Source: a virus
Lineage: Duplodnaviria; Heunggongvirae; Uroviricota; Caudoviricetes
Virus record (IMG/VR): IMGVR_UViG_2703718815_000012
Location: 1-46,929 of that record
Reading direction: 5' to 3' (one strand)
DNA: 46,929 nt
Positions 26,891 to 35,631 of the stretch are shown here, piece after piece. The translations under genes were made by a program, and so were the position numbers. Position 1 is the stretch's first letter. Every line of letters starts with the position of its first letter. The notes beneath the pieces are model-generated. The model did not search any database, was not told the origin of the DNA, and was given only the letters and a program-made list of their open reading frames with translations.

Positions 26891-27519
26891 GCTGCCTCCT
26901 GTTGACGGGCGCGGCGCTTCTCCAGCGCGCGGGCTTTACGGGTGAAAATGGATTTGATGCGTTGCAGGTATTGGATGTCGAACCGGCGGACGGAGTTATC
27001 GTTGTTTATCGCCTCAACTTTTTCGGCACCGATGCGCTCGATAAGGCCCTGTTCAAATGCCTTTTGCGCGCCGTCCCGATCCCGGTTGCAATAGACACAC
27101 TGGGCAGCGGTATTGTGAAGGTTGAAAGCCAGATGCGCGGCAGCGCCACGGGTGCGATAGTGTCCGCAGTCCATGGTTCCGCCAAACTTCTGCTCTGGCA
27201 GCCTGCCGCAGCTGATGCACGGCTTACCTGCATCCCTCAGACGGACGTACCGGTTGAATGCCGCCTGCGCTTCCGATCTCCACTGCGGTTTCGTTTTTAG
27301 CGCCACCTTTCTCGCTTTCAGATCCCGGCGTTCCGCGCGCTCTTTCTCTTTGCGCTCCTTGATGCGCTTAGCCGCGGCTTTAACCTTCTCCTTTTCGCGC
27401 TCCTCCATCGCGAGGATTGCGCCGTGCTCCGGACAGCACCAGCGGATCCGGATGTCGTGGAATTTCGGCACGAAGTATTCACCGCATACTTTGCACTTAC
27501 GGCGGGATGGTTTACGCAT
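26887..27519 (-). CDS. ninG: NinG/Rap-family protein
   Basis: basic Cys-rich protein (CKVCG...CPEHG, CISCG...CGHY...CVYCN) typical of NinG; ATG 27519 (MRKPSRRK) overlaps upstream stop. Confidence 0.7.
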   Translation of the reverse strand: MRKPSRRKCKVCGEYFVPKFHDIRIRWCCPEHGAILAMEEREKEKVKAAAKRIKERKEKERAERRDLKARKVALKTKPQWRSEAQAAFNRYVRLRDAGKPCISCGRLPEQKFGGTMDCGHYRTRGAAAHLAFNLHNTAAQCVYCNRDRDGAQKAFEQGLIERIGAEKVEAINNDNSVRRFDIQYLQRIKSIFTRKARALEKRRARQQEAA

Positions 27520-28180
27520 GGGCACCACCTTGAACCTGTACCAGCGTGAGGTTTCCGCAGAACACGGCACCGGTATCGATGTACATCTGGTTGGCATACT
27601 TCAGGGGCTGGCGCGCTGGGGTGTGTCCGAAGATAAACAGATCAGCACCGGATATCGGCGAGACAATGCCGTCCTGAGCGTCGCTAACCCGCTCACGATT
27701 CCAGATGACCATTTCTTTCGGCACTGGCTTATCAAATTCATATTCGTTGTGCGGGTAGTCAGCGTGACAGATGACTATTTTTCGATCGGAGGTAACCAAC
27801 TCGATGATGAGTGGTAACTCAGCCGCTTTGTGAACCAGAGCCTTAGCCAGCACTTCTTTGTCATAGTCGAGATTGAAGAACCAACCGCCACCATTTACCA
27901 GCCAGTGATTGACGTTTCCATACTCCGACAGCCCATCAATCATCATCTGCTCATGGTTTCCTCGCACAGCCCGGAGCCAAGGCATAGTAATCAACTCCAG
28001 GCACTCGACGTTTTCCGCGCCGCGGTCAACAAGGTCTCCAACCGAAATCAGCAAATCACACGCAGGGTCGAACGAAACTTTTTCGAGCTCATTCATCAGC
28101 AGCGTGTAGCACCCATGCAGATCGCCGACGACGAAAATATTGCGCCATTCAGCGCCATTAATGCGTTGATACATGCTCAT
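27512..28180 (-). CDS. serine/threonine protein phosphatase (lambda PPase-like metallophosphoesterase)
   Basis: calcineurin-like motifs GDLHG, GDLVDRG, GNHE; ATG 28180 coupled to NinE stop. Confidence 0.85.
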   Translation of the reverse strand: MSMYQRINGAEWRNIFVVGDLHGCYTLLMNELEKVSFDPACDLLISVGDLVDRGAENVECLELITMPWLRAVRGNHEQMMIDGLSEYGNVNHWLVNGGGWFFNLDYDKEVLAKALVHKAAELPLIIELVTSDRKIVICHADYPHNEYEFDKPVPKEMVIWNRERVSDAQDGIVSPISGADLFIFGHTPARQPLKYANQMYIDTGAVFCGNLTLVQVQGGAHA

Positions 28181-28347
28181 GCAGATTTTCTCCTCGCCGC
28201 GAGACGCAGCCATTTCTGATCCACCAGACGGGCGGTGTAGCCCTTCAGTGTCGGGATGTCGGACGGCTTAACCGCAGGCTTACGCTGGCGGCGCGCAGGA
28301 ACGCGGAATATTTCGTTTGTGATGATGCGGGAAAGTGGAGTAGACAT
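28177..28347 (-). CDS. ninE: NinE-family protein (56 aa, below ORF-track cutoff)
   Basis: [17 protein letters not shown]...[23 protein letters not shown], coupled on both sides; C-terminus resembles lambda NinE. Confidence 0.5.
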   Translation of the reverse strand: MSTPLSRIITNEIFRVPARRQRKPAVKPSDIPTLKGYTARLVDQKWLRLAARRKSA

Positions 28348-28802
28348 CAGGCCTCCTGCTTATCGCGCAGCTGCTGGTATTCACAGCTCTGCGGAATGGT
28401 CAGGTGGCAGCCGATATTCATCGCCCAGGCTTCGACCTTGCACAGGAAGATGTACATTTCGCCAGTTTCCAGATCAGACGTATGGCGGAGGGATTGGACG
28501 GTGGTGACCTCGCCGGACACGACGTCTACACGGTCTTTGCTTTCGTAGCCGAGATAGGTGTGCTTCATCGCGTCTTTGACCCACTCAGGCGTAGCGAAGG
28601 TCTTGCCGCGGGCGATGAGGTACTCGCTGATTTCCGTGTACCACATGTGGCTGAGCGCGTTCTGTGACAGGCTGCGCTTCTCTCGCCACGGCTTAACCTG
28701 CAGGCGGAAGCACTGCCCGGCATCCAGCAATGGCTGAATCTGCTGGCCGATGGCCGCGAAGTTGCCACGATGGAGTTTGATACCGTCTACTGGCAGAGTC
28801 AT
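28347..28802 (-). CDS. ninB: NinB/Orf-family recombination mediator
   Basis: 151-aa ORF with strong SD TTAAGGAGG; first gene of nin block. Confidence 0.65.
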   Translation of the reverse strand: MTLPVDGIKLHRGNFAAIGQQIQPLLDAGQCFRLQVKPWREKRSLSQNALSHMWYTEISEYLIARGKTFATPEWVKDAMKHTYLGYESKDRVDVVSGEVTTVQSLRHTSDLETGEMYIFLCKVEAWAMNIGCHLTIPQSCEYQQLRDKQEA

Positions 28803-28992
28803 ACGGCCTCCTTAACGGAAACCGCAGAATGCAGAAAATCGCAGGTGCATTTCTGCATCTGTGACAATGTGAGGAGTTCAGATTGTGGTCGCATTTAAGT
28901 CCCCTTAAATGCGCAGAAGTCACCAATGGGTGTTCAGACCATCAGCAAAGAAAGTATGGACGGTTGATTCAACAAAATCAACTGAAGAGAAA

Positions 28993-29008
28993 GGCCTCCG
29001 GAGAGGCC
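28993..29008 (-). terminator. hairpin after small Cys-rich gene (terminator-like)
   Basis: palindrome GGCCTCCGGAGAGGCC 7 nt from the stop at 29015, followed on minus strand by TTTCTCTTCAGTTGATTTTG. Confidence 0.4.
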
Positions 29009-29014
29009 AATGAG

Positions 29015-29296
29015 TTAGTCGTCCACGCGTTTAAAGCACTGCGGGCAAACATCATTTCCACCGTGTTCTTCGTATGCGCTTTTAACAGCATCAGTCATCT
29101 CTTTAAAGCTTTCGAATAGATGACTACCGTTGCTTTTTTTATAAGCTCCGGCTGCGTATTTGTAGATGTCGGACTCTTCTATGCCCTCATCAACATAAGT
29201 GCCCTCATGATGAGGGCACTGCGTTAAAGCGCCAACCCTACCAAGCATCTCCAATGCCCAACACTCTTGTTTCATGCAAAGTTGATCGATACTCAT
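29015..29296 (-). CDS. hypothetical Cys-rich protein (93 aa)
   Basis: ATG 29296 with AGGAGG SD; Cys spacing ending in CPQC suggests zinc binding; 266-nt AT-rich non-coding spacer upstream. Confidence 0.45.
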   Translation of the reverse strand: MSIDQLCMKQECWALEMLGRVGALTQCPHHEGTYVDEGIEESDIYKYAAGAYKKSNGSHLFESFKEMTDAVKSAYEEHGGNDVCPQCFKRVDD

Positions 29297-29562
29297 AACG
29301 CCTCCTGTTGGTTTTACATCGCCAAATGAATGTACCACCATGCAAGAGGAAATGAAGCAGTTAAATTGTAAAACATGTGTATATATCAATGAGTTAAAAT
29401 AGTTTGCTATTTTTCTTACAGCCTTGCTGCGTCGAATGGGTTAGGCATGGCGACCTCTACACGAGCTGAAAATATAAGCCGCTACAGCCAAATCCTGAAT
29501 TGCTGTTATTGCCAGCATCCAACCATAAATGCTGTCATTGAAATGCCACGCCAGCGCTGTAA

Positions 29563-29778
29563 TCACGGCTTCACCTCCTTAGCCGTTTTGACGATTGCAG
29601 CGAGGCACTTCTTGCATGGAACCTGCAATGAACCCTGCTCAATGCTCAACAGTGCATGCTGAGCGTCCTGAAACAACCAGTCAGAAAATTGAGGCTTATG
29701 TCCGCACCATGTTTCTGTTTCATGCTTCGCAAGTTTTACGCCGTCACGATAGTCATATTTGATGATGTGATTACTCAC
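29563..29778 (-). CDS. hypothetical protein (71 aa)
   Basis: ORF coupled by ATGA to upstream Lar-like gene. Confidence 0.45.
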   Translation of the reverse strand: MSNHIIKYDYRDGVKLAKHETETWCGHKPQFSDWLFQDAQHALLSIEQGSLQVPCKKCLAAIVKTAKEVKP

Positions 29779-30074
29779 GGCTGTACCTCCTGCTGCGGTG
29801 CTGCAATTAGTTCTAGCGTGAAGCCGTCTTGCTTAAGACTATCAATGTAAGCCGCAGTTCTCCTGCGCTCGCCAGCACATGCCAGCGTTTCTGGGTCGTA
29901 AAACCACACCTTCATTCGGCTATTCCATGCAGAAATTGCTTCAGCCTTATTGCGCTTTAATGGCCCATGAGCACCACATTTGCAGTGGACGTAGCGCTTC
30001 TTTCCCATAATACTGAATGAGTAGCCAATACCAAGCGCTGTCGATTCGCAAAATGGGCAGAGTAGTGGAGTCAT
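29775..30074 (-). CDS. Lar-family restriction alleviation protein (putative)
   Basis: N-terminus MTPLLCPFCES with downstream CKCG zinc-ribbon pattern typical of Lar family. Confidence 0.5.
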   Translation of the reverse strand: MTPLLCPFCESTALGIGYSFSIMGKKRYVHCKCGAHGPLKRNKAEAISAWNSRMKVWFYDPETLACAGERRRTAAYIDSLKQDGFTLELIAAPQQEVQP

Positions 30075-30775
30075 TTATCCTCCTGCTGAGGTGCTGCTGA
30101 AGATGCAAAAATATCAATCAGCGTATCTTCTCCCATGCTATTGCAATGAGCCTGAAGCCTATTGATGATTGCCTGAAGAGCAAACTTCGGAACCATATTT
30201 TCCTTACCTATCTGCGGGCAGTTTTCGGTACCGAACCAAAATTGCTCGATCTGCAGCAGCAGACCATTTTTGCCTTCAGTTGCACTGAATACGCCGAACG
30301 CTTCAATGTCGTATGCTTTCGCAATCACAGGAGAGTTGCCATCGGCACCCTGAAGCATGGCGGCGCGGCGCTCCCAGTCAGCTATTGCGGCTGAATGTTC
30401 CATCGAGTCGTCGCCAAACTCAGCATGTGCGCACTCGTCTGCCGCATTGGCGGCAGTTTTCGCAATCGTCAAGAGATCTGACAGGAGCGAATCAGATATC
30501 GGTGCTGGCGGGGCGGTGTAAAGCGGCTCACATTCCCAGCCTTGCTTTTGCCAGGATGCCAGGACATTTTTTGAATCTGTCAGAAGGCCGTGATTCTCGT
30601 AATAAAGCGATCGCCACGCCACAGGATCCGCTTCGAGAGATGCCAGCGCGATACGAAACACCTCTGCAGTCATGCTGCGAGGCGACTGATTGTCATGCGC
30701 TGGGTCGGTAAGGAAGCCAGTAATAAACGCCTTCAATTGCTGATTGTGAATATCGCGTTTGTCGATGTTGCTCAT
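30071..30775 (-). CDS. hypothetical protein (234 aa)
   Basis: ATG 30775 overlaps upstream stop. Confidence 0.45.
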   Translation of the reverse strand: MSNIDKRDIHNQQLKAFITGFLTDPAHDNQSPRSMTAEVFRIALASLEADPVAWRSLYYENHGLLTDSKNVLASWQKQGWECEPLYTAPPAPISDSLLSDLLTIAKTAANAADECAHAEFGDDSMEHSAAIADWERRAAMLQGADGNSPVIAKAYDIEAFGVFSATEGKNGLLLQIEQFWFGTENCPQIGKENMVPKFALQAIINRLQAHCNSMGEDTLIDIFASSAAPQQEDK

Positions 30776-31419
30776 TGGGCGGTCCTCCAACCTTCACATT
30801 CAATGTCACTGCAGCCATCGAAATCGTATGGATTTAGCTGCCAGCTAATCTTTCCGCAGCAAGGGCAATTCCAGCGAACCTTACCGCTGCGTGATTTTTT
30901 TCGGTTGTGCTTTTTCAGCCACTCAGGCATGACAAGCCCTGCCGCCTGAACCATGGTGCGTCGGTTAAACTCATTGATGCTGAACGTGCGGCGCTTAGCC
31001 TTGTCAGCTAAAGCAAAAGGAATCCAGACAATGCCAGGCTCTGCCGTGTTGGCGGATACAAAAACGAATGCCTTACTGAAGTCGTCAGTTGGAAGGCCTC
31101 CATGTTGCAACCAGTACACATCGTTACCGTTCCAACTGCCTTTTTTGTAGGCCACATAGGACTCACAGCCAGGCTCAATAACACTTTCGGTAGGTATGTA
31201 CTGACAATCGACATGCCAGACAGCCATGGAATCAACACTGTCAGCGCAAACCGGCTGATCAATCTCTCTACCCAATTCCCAGCTTCTTTGAGCTTCTTCA
31301 CGGGTGTACACGTGGGCGCGGTCTATATTGGAGCTATATCCGTTGCCGTTGTGGCAGTGGAATGACGCGTTACTGCCAACCGTTTCGCGAGTACAAAGCA
31401 TGTAAAATCTATCGCTCAT
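30772..31419 (-). CDS. hypothetical protein with C-terminal zinc ribbon (215 aa)
   Basis: CPCCGK...CSDIECEG at C-terminus; coupled to neighbours. Confidence 0.45.
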   Translation of the reverse strand: MSDRFYMLCTRETVGSNASFHCHNGNGYSSNIDRAHVYTREEAQRSWELGREIDQPVCADSVDSMAVWHVDCQYIPTESVIEPGCESYVAYKKGSWNGNDVYWLQHGGLPTDDFSKAFVFVSANTAEPGIVWIPFALADKAKRRTFSINEFNRRTMVQAAGLVMPEWLKKHNRKKSRSGKVRWNCPCCGKISWQLNPYDFDGCSDIECEGWRTAQ

Positions 31420-31850
31420 GACTGCACTCCTTTGCGAAGCTCGTCGGCGAAGTTCTCAGCATCTGCGGCCATGCCAGCAGCCTCTTCAGACATCCTCATG
31501 CTTCGGCTACGCAGAGCCTGCTGTCGTTCTCGCTTATGTGCGGCAAACATCTCCACACCCTGCGCCCGCACTTCAGCCAGGAAAGCGTCGGTGGCTGGGG
31601 TTTTGACCTTATTCGCAGCGAACTCAATTTTTTCTTTCGTGTCTCTGCCGATTTCGCTTGAGCCCAACTTTCCGATGAAGCTAACGATTTGGTCAGGGAA
31701 CTGCTTCAGCCCCGCATTCTCCGCAGCCAGCGCAGCGAATGTGGTTTCAAACACGTTAAGCAGAGTCGTAACTTCTGCCGGTGACATGTGCTCACCACAT
31801 TCTGCATTCACCCTGGCGTTTTTAATCAGATCTTCGTATTTGTTGCTCAT
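31416..31850 (-). CDS. hypothetical protein (144 aa)
   Basis: ATG 31850 (MSNKYEDL) overlapping upstream stop. Confidence 0.4.
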   Translation of the reverse strand: MSNKYEDLIKNARVNAECGEHMSPAEVTTLLNVFETTFAALAAENAGLKQFPDQIVSFIGKLGSSEIGRDTKEKIEFAANKVKTPATDAFLAEVRAQGVEMFAAHKRERQQALRSRSMRMSEEAAGMAADAENFADELRKGVQS

Positions 31851-32191
31851 ACCCCTACCCTCCCCCAAACCATCAATACTCGCTTCATCGCCGCGCTGTT
31901 GCGGCACTCCTGGCAGATCACGTTTGCCTCTGTACGCTGCACCAGCTTCGAATTTCCCTTCGGCATAGCCGGGATTGTTTCTGGTGCGTATTTCATGCCG
32001 TAATCGGTCAGCCGATAAAGCCGCTGTCCGTGCTTGCCTTCGAACTCGATCAGGCCGTCTGCCAGCAGCGTGCTTAACGGGCCGGAAATCTTTTTTGTGG
32101 TCATGCCGATCATGCTGGCAATACGAGCACTATTCAGCCCTGGGTTATTGCGCAGGGCCGCCAGCACCTGCTCACGGATTGTTATGGTCAT
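31847..32191 (-). CDS. winged-helix DNA-binding protein (putative)
   Basis: ATG 32191 overlaps DnaC-like stop; HTH-like segment LNSARIASMIGMTTKKISGPLSTLLADGLIEF. Confidence 0.4.
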   Translation of the reverse strand: MTITIREQVLAALRNNPGLNSARIASMIGMTTKKISGPLSTLLADGLIEFEGKHGQRLYRLTDYGMKYAPETIPAMPKGNSKLVQRTEANVICQECRNSAAMKRVLMVWGRVGV

Positions 32192-33042
32192 GCTGCCCCC
32201 TTGGAACGGTAAGAATCCCAGGTGAATGACAGCGTGCACCCGCCGCCGTCGCTCATGCGGTCAATAACACGCTCACTCACGAACGCTGCCAACTCTTCTT
32301 TGGTCTGGTTGCTGATCAGGATGGTCGGCTTCATCCGCTCGTACCGGGTGTTGATGATTTCGAACATGATCAGCTTCTCGGCCTCGCTGCCGAACTGGAC
32401 GCCAACTTCGTCGATGATCAAAAGGTCCGGAGTGGTGAAGTGCGCAATCACGTCGTTCTCGCAGCGCGTCGCAGTTTTCGACCACGTTGATTTGAACTCA
32501 CGGGCAATCTTCAGCGCGGTGGTAAAAATTACCGGGCTCTGGTGTTTCTCGATGACATCACGGGCGATCGCCAGGGCAAGGTGGTTTTTACCGGTTCCCG
32601 GCTTGCCGCACATCACCAGACCACCTCCCTGCTTCAGCCGCTCGGGCCACTTCGCGGCATACGCCTGACAAACCCGCAGCGCACGTTCTGACTCCTTGCC
32701 AACCGGCTGATAGTTTTCCAGCGTGCACGTCACAAAGCGCTCAGGGATTTCGAGCTGGCGCAGCAGGCGATCGATGTTCTGCTGGCGCGTGCGGTCTTCC
32801 CACCGCTTTTTCTCGTCATACAGGAAGGTCAGCTCATCGCGAAGGCAGCCCGGACAACGAGTCGGCGGTGACGGCAGCTTGATCAGGCTGCTGGTAAGCA
32901 CGCGTTTACGCTGTTCGTACTCGCCATGTTTCTCGCAAAGCACTGTTTCGAAGACGGTCTCGCAGTTAGGGAGCTGCTCTGGAGGTCTACCAAGGACTTC
33001 CAGCATTTTTTCGATAGCGTCGATTTTTTCGAGCAGTTCCAT
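32188..33042 (-). CDS. DnaC-like helicase loader (IstB-type AAA+ ATPase)
   Basis: Walker A GKPGTGKNHLALAIA and Walker B LLIIDEVG; ATG 33042 with GAGGGA SD; follows O-like initiator. Confidence 0.8.
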   Translation of the reverse strand: MELLEKIDAIEKMLEVLGRPPEQLPNCETVFETVLCEKHGEYEQRKRVLTSSLIKLPSPPTRCPGCLRDELTFLYDEKKRWEDRTRQQNIDRLLRQLEIPERFVTCTLENYQPVGKESERALRVCQAYAAKWPERLKQGGGLVMCGKPGTGKNHLALAIARDVIEKHQSPVIFTTALKIAREFKSTWSKTATRCENDVIAHFTTPDLLIIDEVGVQFGSEAEKLIMFEIINTRYERMKPTILISNQTKEELAAFVSERVIDRMSDGGGCTLSFTWDSYRSKGAA

Positions 33043-33044
33043 AC

Positions 33045-33914
33045 TCAGTCCCTCGCCCAAGGTGGAATTTCAGTCTGGCCATAGTCCTTGCCAGCGAAGT
33101 TCTCAGATACGCGAGACTGATTGCGGGCTGGCTGCTTGATGCCTTTCGGCTCAAACAATCCCTGCCAGCCGTTCGCAATGCTCTGGTTGATGATTTCTTC
33201 AGGCTGATATCCGCTGCACTTGCAACGCTCAAGCAGGTTGATGGCCTGGGTAACCGTCTGCTGAGACTTGATCGGTTTCTTCAGGTCGCGACGATAATCG
33301 ACCCATGACTTCCAGACTGAAACTGACAGCCATTCAGGAAGGTCAACACCAGCCGGATCGAACGAAGCATGTTTGGGGGATTTAGGGGGTTTATTAATAT
33401 TGTCTTTATTGTCTTTTGTAATAGTGTCTTTTGTGTGTCCCCATTTTGGTGACAGGGTTGTCACTGTTTTGGTGACACTTTTTGTCACTACCGTAGGGAC
33501 ATTGTCACTACTATGGTGACAGTCACTACTATGGTGACATTTTGGCGCAGGCTTAGTGCCCGGAATTACCCATTCACTTAGGTTTTTGTTGGGCCCGATC
33601 AGCATGCCGTCGGACACCAAAACATTCATCGCAATGAGTTCGTTTTTGGCAGCGTTAACCTTCTGGCGAGGTAGTCTGGTCAGCTCAGAAAGTTGTGAGT
33701 CTGCTATGCGGTCCATCTTCTTGTTGAACCCATAGGTTTTGCGGCAAACAGCATGAGCTACCTTGGCCTGATTTTTGGTCAGGTTCGCGCCGATAAGCTC
33801 CTCATACAACTCGTTTGCCAGACGGGTGTACCCATCGTCTGTATCGGCCACGCGTTGCTCCTGTATTCCCGAAACTACAGCGGGAAAGTTGAGAATTTCT
33901 GCGGTGTTTGACAT
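33045..33914 (-). CDS. replication initiator (lambda O-like N-terminal domain) containing the origin
   Basis: N-terminal YTRLANELYEELI...QAKVAHAVCRKTYGFNKKMDRIADSQL resembles replication protein O N-domain; iterons inside coding sequence; ATG 33914 with GGGAG SD. Confidence 0.75.
   Translation of the reverse strand: MSNTAEILNFPAVVSGIQEQRVADTDDGYTRLANELYEELIGANLTKNQAKVAHAVCRKTYGFNKKMDRIADSQLSELTRLPRQKVNAAKNELIAMNVLVSDGMLIGPNKNLSEWVIPGTKPAPKCHHSSDCHHSSDNVPTVVTKSVTKTVTTLSPKWGHTKDTITKDNKDNINKPPKSPKHASFDPAGVDLPEWLSVSVWKSWVDYRRDLKKPIKSQQTVTQAINLLERCKCSGYQPEEIINQSIANGWQGLFEPKGIKQPARNQSRVSENFAGKDYGQTEIPPWARD
33441..33545. repeat. replication origin iterons inside initiator gene
   Basis: tandem 18-bp direct repeat gtcactactatggtgaca x2 (33504..33539) plus further GGTGACA/GTCAC copies, flanked at 33375..33440 by an AT-rich tract. 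Confidence 0.65.
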
Positions 33915-33999
33915 ACTTACTCCCGTTACTTGGCGTAACACAGTGTTTGGAAGGCCTTTGAAGTTACCGCTTCAAGGGCTTTTTCTTTTCTGGTGACTC

Positions 34000-34545
34000 T
34001 CACATAACCCCCAGCATCGACGTGACCATCGTCATCAGTGGGCCTACCTGCTCCGGCATGAGGCGAAACAGCGACGCTATACCCTCGCTCACCTCTTTCA
34101 GCTTCTGATGCTCTGGAGCGTCCAGCAGCACGGCCTGTTTAGCCTCGGCACACTCTTTCATCGCAGAGGCGATCAGCGACATCGTGTCGTTCTGCGGCGC
34201 CAGACGGTTTCGGTACTCCAGCGGCAGGACCGACATGATTGCCGGGGCCAGCTGGCGAATGTTGTTGGCGGCGTATTCGGTATCGCCATCAATCCATCGA
34301 AACACTTTCTGCATCTGGCGGTGCGAGTCAGTCGGGATATCCAGACCGGTTCCGCCGGACGCCCGCCACTCTTCCACGATCAGCGCGGCAACAAATTCAC
34401 GGCTTCGGCAATCAGCTGCCCAGGCGCGAACAGCTGCGCGGATCCCATCGATGTTTAACGCCGTGGAATCAGGCTCCCGGCGATTCTGGTAAATCATCGC
34501 CGTTGGCGAAAATTTGTTACCTTGTTGATACGCAAGTGAATGCAT
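34000..34545 (-). CDS. YdaT-like protein (CII-position regulator)
   Basis: 181-aa ORF directly downstream of Cro/YdaS-like gene; family assignment from recalled resemblance only. Confidence 0.4.
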   Translation of the reverse strand: MHSLAYQQGNKFSPTAMIYQNRREPDSTALNIDGIRAAVRAWAADCRSREFVAALIVEEWRASGGTGLDIPTDSHRQMQKVFRWIDGDTEYAANNIRQLAPAIMSVLPLEYRNRLAPQNDTMSLIASAMKECAEAKQAVLLDAPEHQKLKEVSEGIASLFRLMPEQVGPLMTMVTSMLGVM

Positions 34546-34574
34546 TGCTTTCCCTTTCGTGGTTAGGGCCGCCG

Positions 34575-34802
34575 TTAAGCGGCATGGTTCTCTGGGTGTG
34601 GAAACAGGTCGGGAAGATCAGGTCGAATTTCGTGTGCCTTAATCTCGCCACCAGTAGCGTTTACGATGGCTGTTACTTTTTCCGGAGATACGGAACCACC
34701 GTTAAGCCACTTGTGAACCGCTGGCTGGCTAACGCCGCAAATATCTGCGAGTCGCTTCTGGCTGCCAACGATTTCTAAAGCTCGTTGAATAACTTTGTTC
34801 AT
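34575..34802 (-). CDS. Cro/YdaS-like HTH transcriptional regulator
   Basis: 75-aa HTH protein (QKRLADICGVSQPAVHKWLNG) divergent from cI across the operator region. Confidence 0.75.
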   Translation of the reverse strand: MNKVIQRALEIVGSQKRLADICGVSQPAVHKWLNGGSVSPEKVTAIVNATGGEIKAHEIRPDLPDLFPHPENHAA

Positions 34803-34838
34803 GGATTTTACCTATCCGATTACTGGATTAATGAAAAG

Positions 34839-34901
34839 ATAACCCAAGTTATGACCATTGTCCATAACCTTTGTTATTTTACTCTGCATAACCTGAGTTA
34901 T
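34839..34901. promoter_or_regulatory. OR operator region: three 14-bp operators ATAACC-N3-GTTAT
   Basis: ATAACCCAAGTTAT (34839..34852), ATAACCTTTGTTAT (34864..34877), ATAACCTGAGTTAT (34888..34901); last operator ends 11 nt before the cI ATG. Confidence 0.7.
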
Positions 34902-34912
34902 ATATTGGCGCT

Positions 34913-35617
34913 ATGAAAACATTCGCAGATCGACTCAACGCGGCTATGAGAGCCGCAGGCATATCCCAAGGGCAGCTGGCTGAGAAAGTCGGCATATCTC
35001 AACCTGCAATTCAGAAAATGACATCAGGCAAAACCACAGGCAGCCGTAAGATGGTTGAGCTTGCTCATGCATTGAACGTGCGTCCGGAATGGCTCAGTTC
35101 GGGCATAGGCTCAATGCAGGACGAAGGACGCAAGGACTCCGCTATCCCACCAGAATCGGAATGGGGTAAAGTTGACGCTTGGGATAGCAAAACAGATCTG
35201 CCAGATGACGAGGTCGAAGTGCCATATCTGAAAGATATAGAACTTGCGTGTGGTGATGGTTCCTGCTTGGAAGATGACTATAACGGATTCAAACTTCGTT
35301 TTGCGAAGTCTACCCTTCGTAAGGTGGGAGCCCAGAAAGATAGCGTGCTGTGCTTCCCGGCATCAGGAAATAGCATGGAGCCCATGATCCCGGAAGGGAC
35401 GACGGTCGCCATCAACACGAACGACAAAAAGATCGTTGATGGCAAGGTTTATGCAATAAGCCAGGACGGATGGAAAAGGCTAAAATCCATTTATCGTGTG
35501 AGTCCTACCCGCATCGTGATTCGCAGCTTCAACAGTGAAGAGTACCCAGATGAAGAAGCGGATATCGAGAGCGTAGAGATTATTGGTCGCATGTTCTGGA
35601 CATCTACTATCTGGTAA
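34913..35617 (+). CDS. cI: CI-type repressor (HTH plus LexA-like S24 peptidase domain)
   Basis: N-terminal HTH (ISQGQLAEKVGISQPAIQKM), C-terminal S24 autocleavage domain with Ser in GNSMEP and Lys in WKRLK. Confidence 0.85.
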   Translation: MKTFADRLNAAMRAAGISQGQLAEKVGISQPAIQKMTSGKTTGSRKMVELAHALNVRPEWLSSGIGSMQDEGRKDSAIPPESEWGKVDAWDSKTDLPDDEVEVPYLKDIELACGDGSCLEDDYNGFKLRFAKSTLRKVGAQKDSVLCFPASGNSMEPMIPEGTTVAINTNDKKIVDGKVYAISQDGWKRLKSIYRVSPTRIVIRSFNSEEYPDEEADIESVEIIGRMFWTSTIW

Positions 35618-35631
35618 TCAAGAGGGAAGGG

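Noticed and set aside
33441-33545. Possible CRISPR-like repeat array
   Set aside because: Only two exact 18-bp copies in tandem with no spacers, inside a coding sequence and beside an AT-rich tract: iteron origin, not CRISPR; no cas genes in the window
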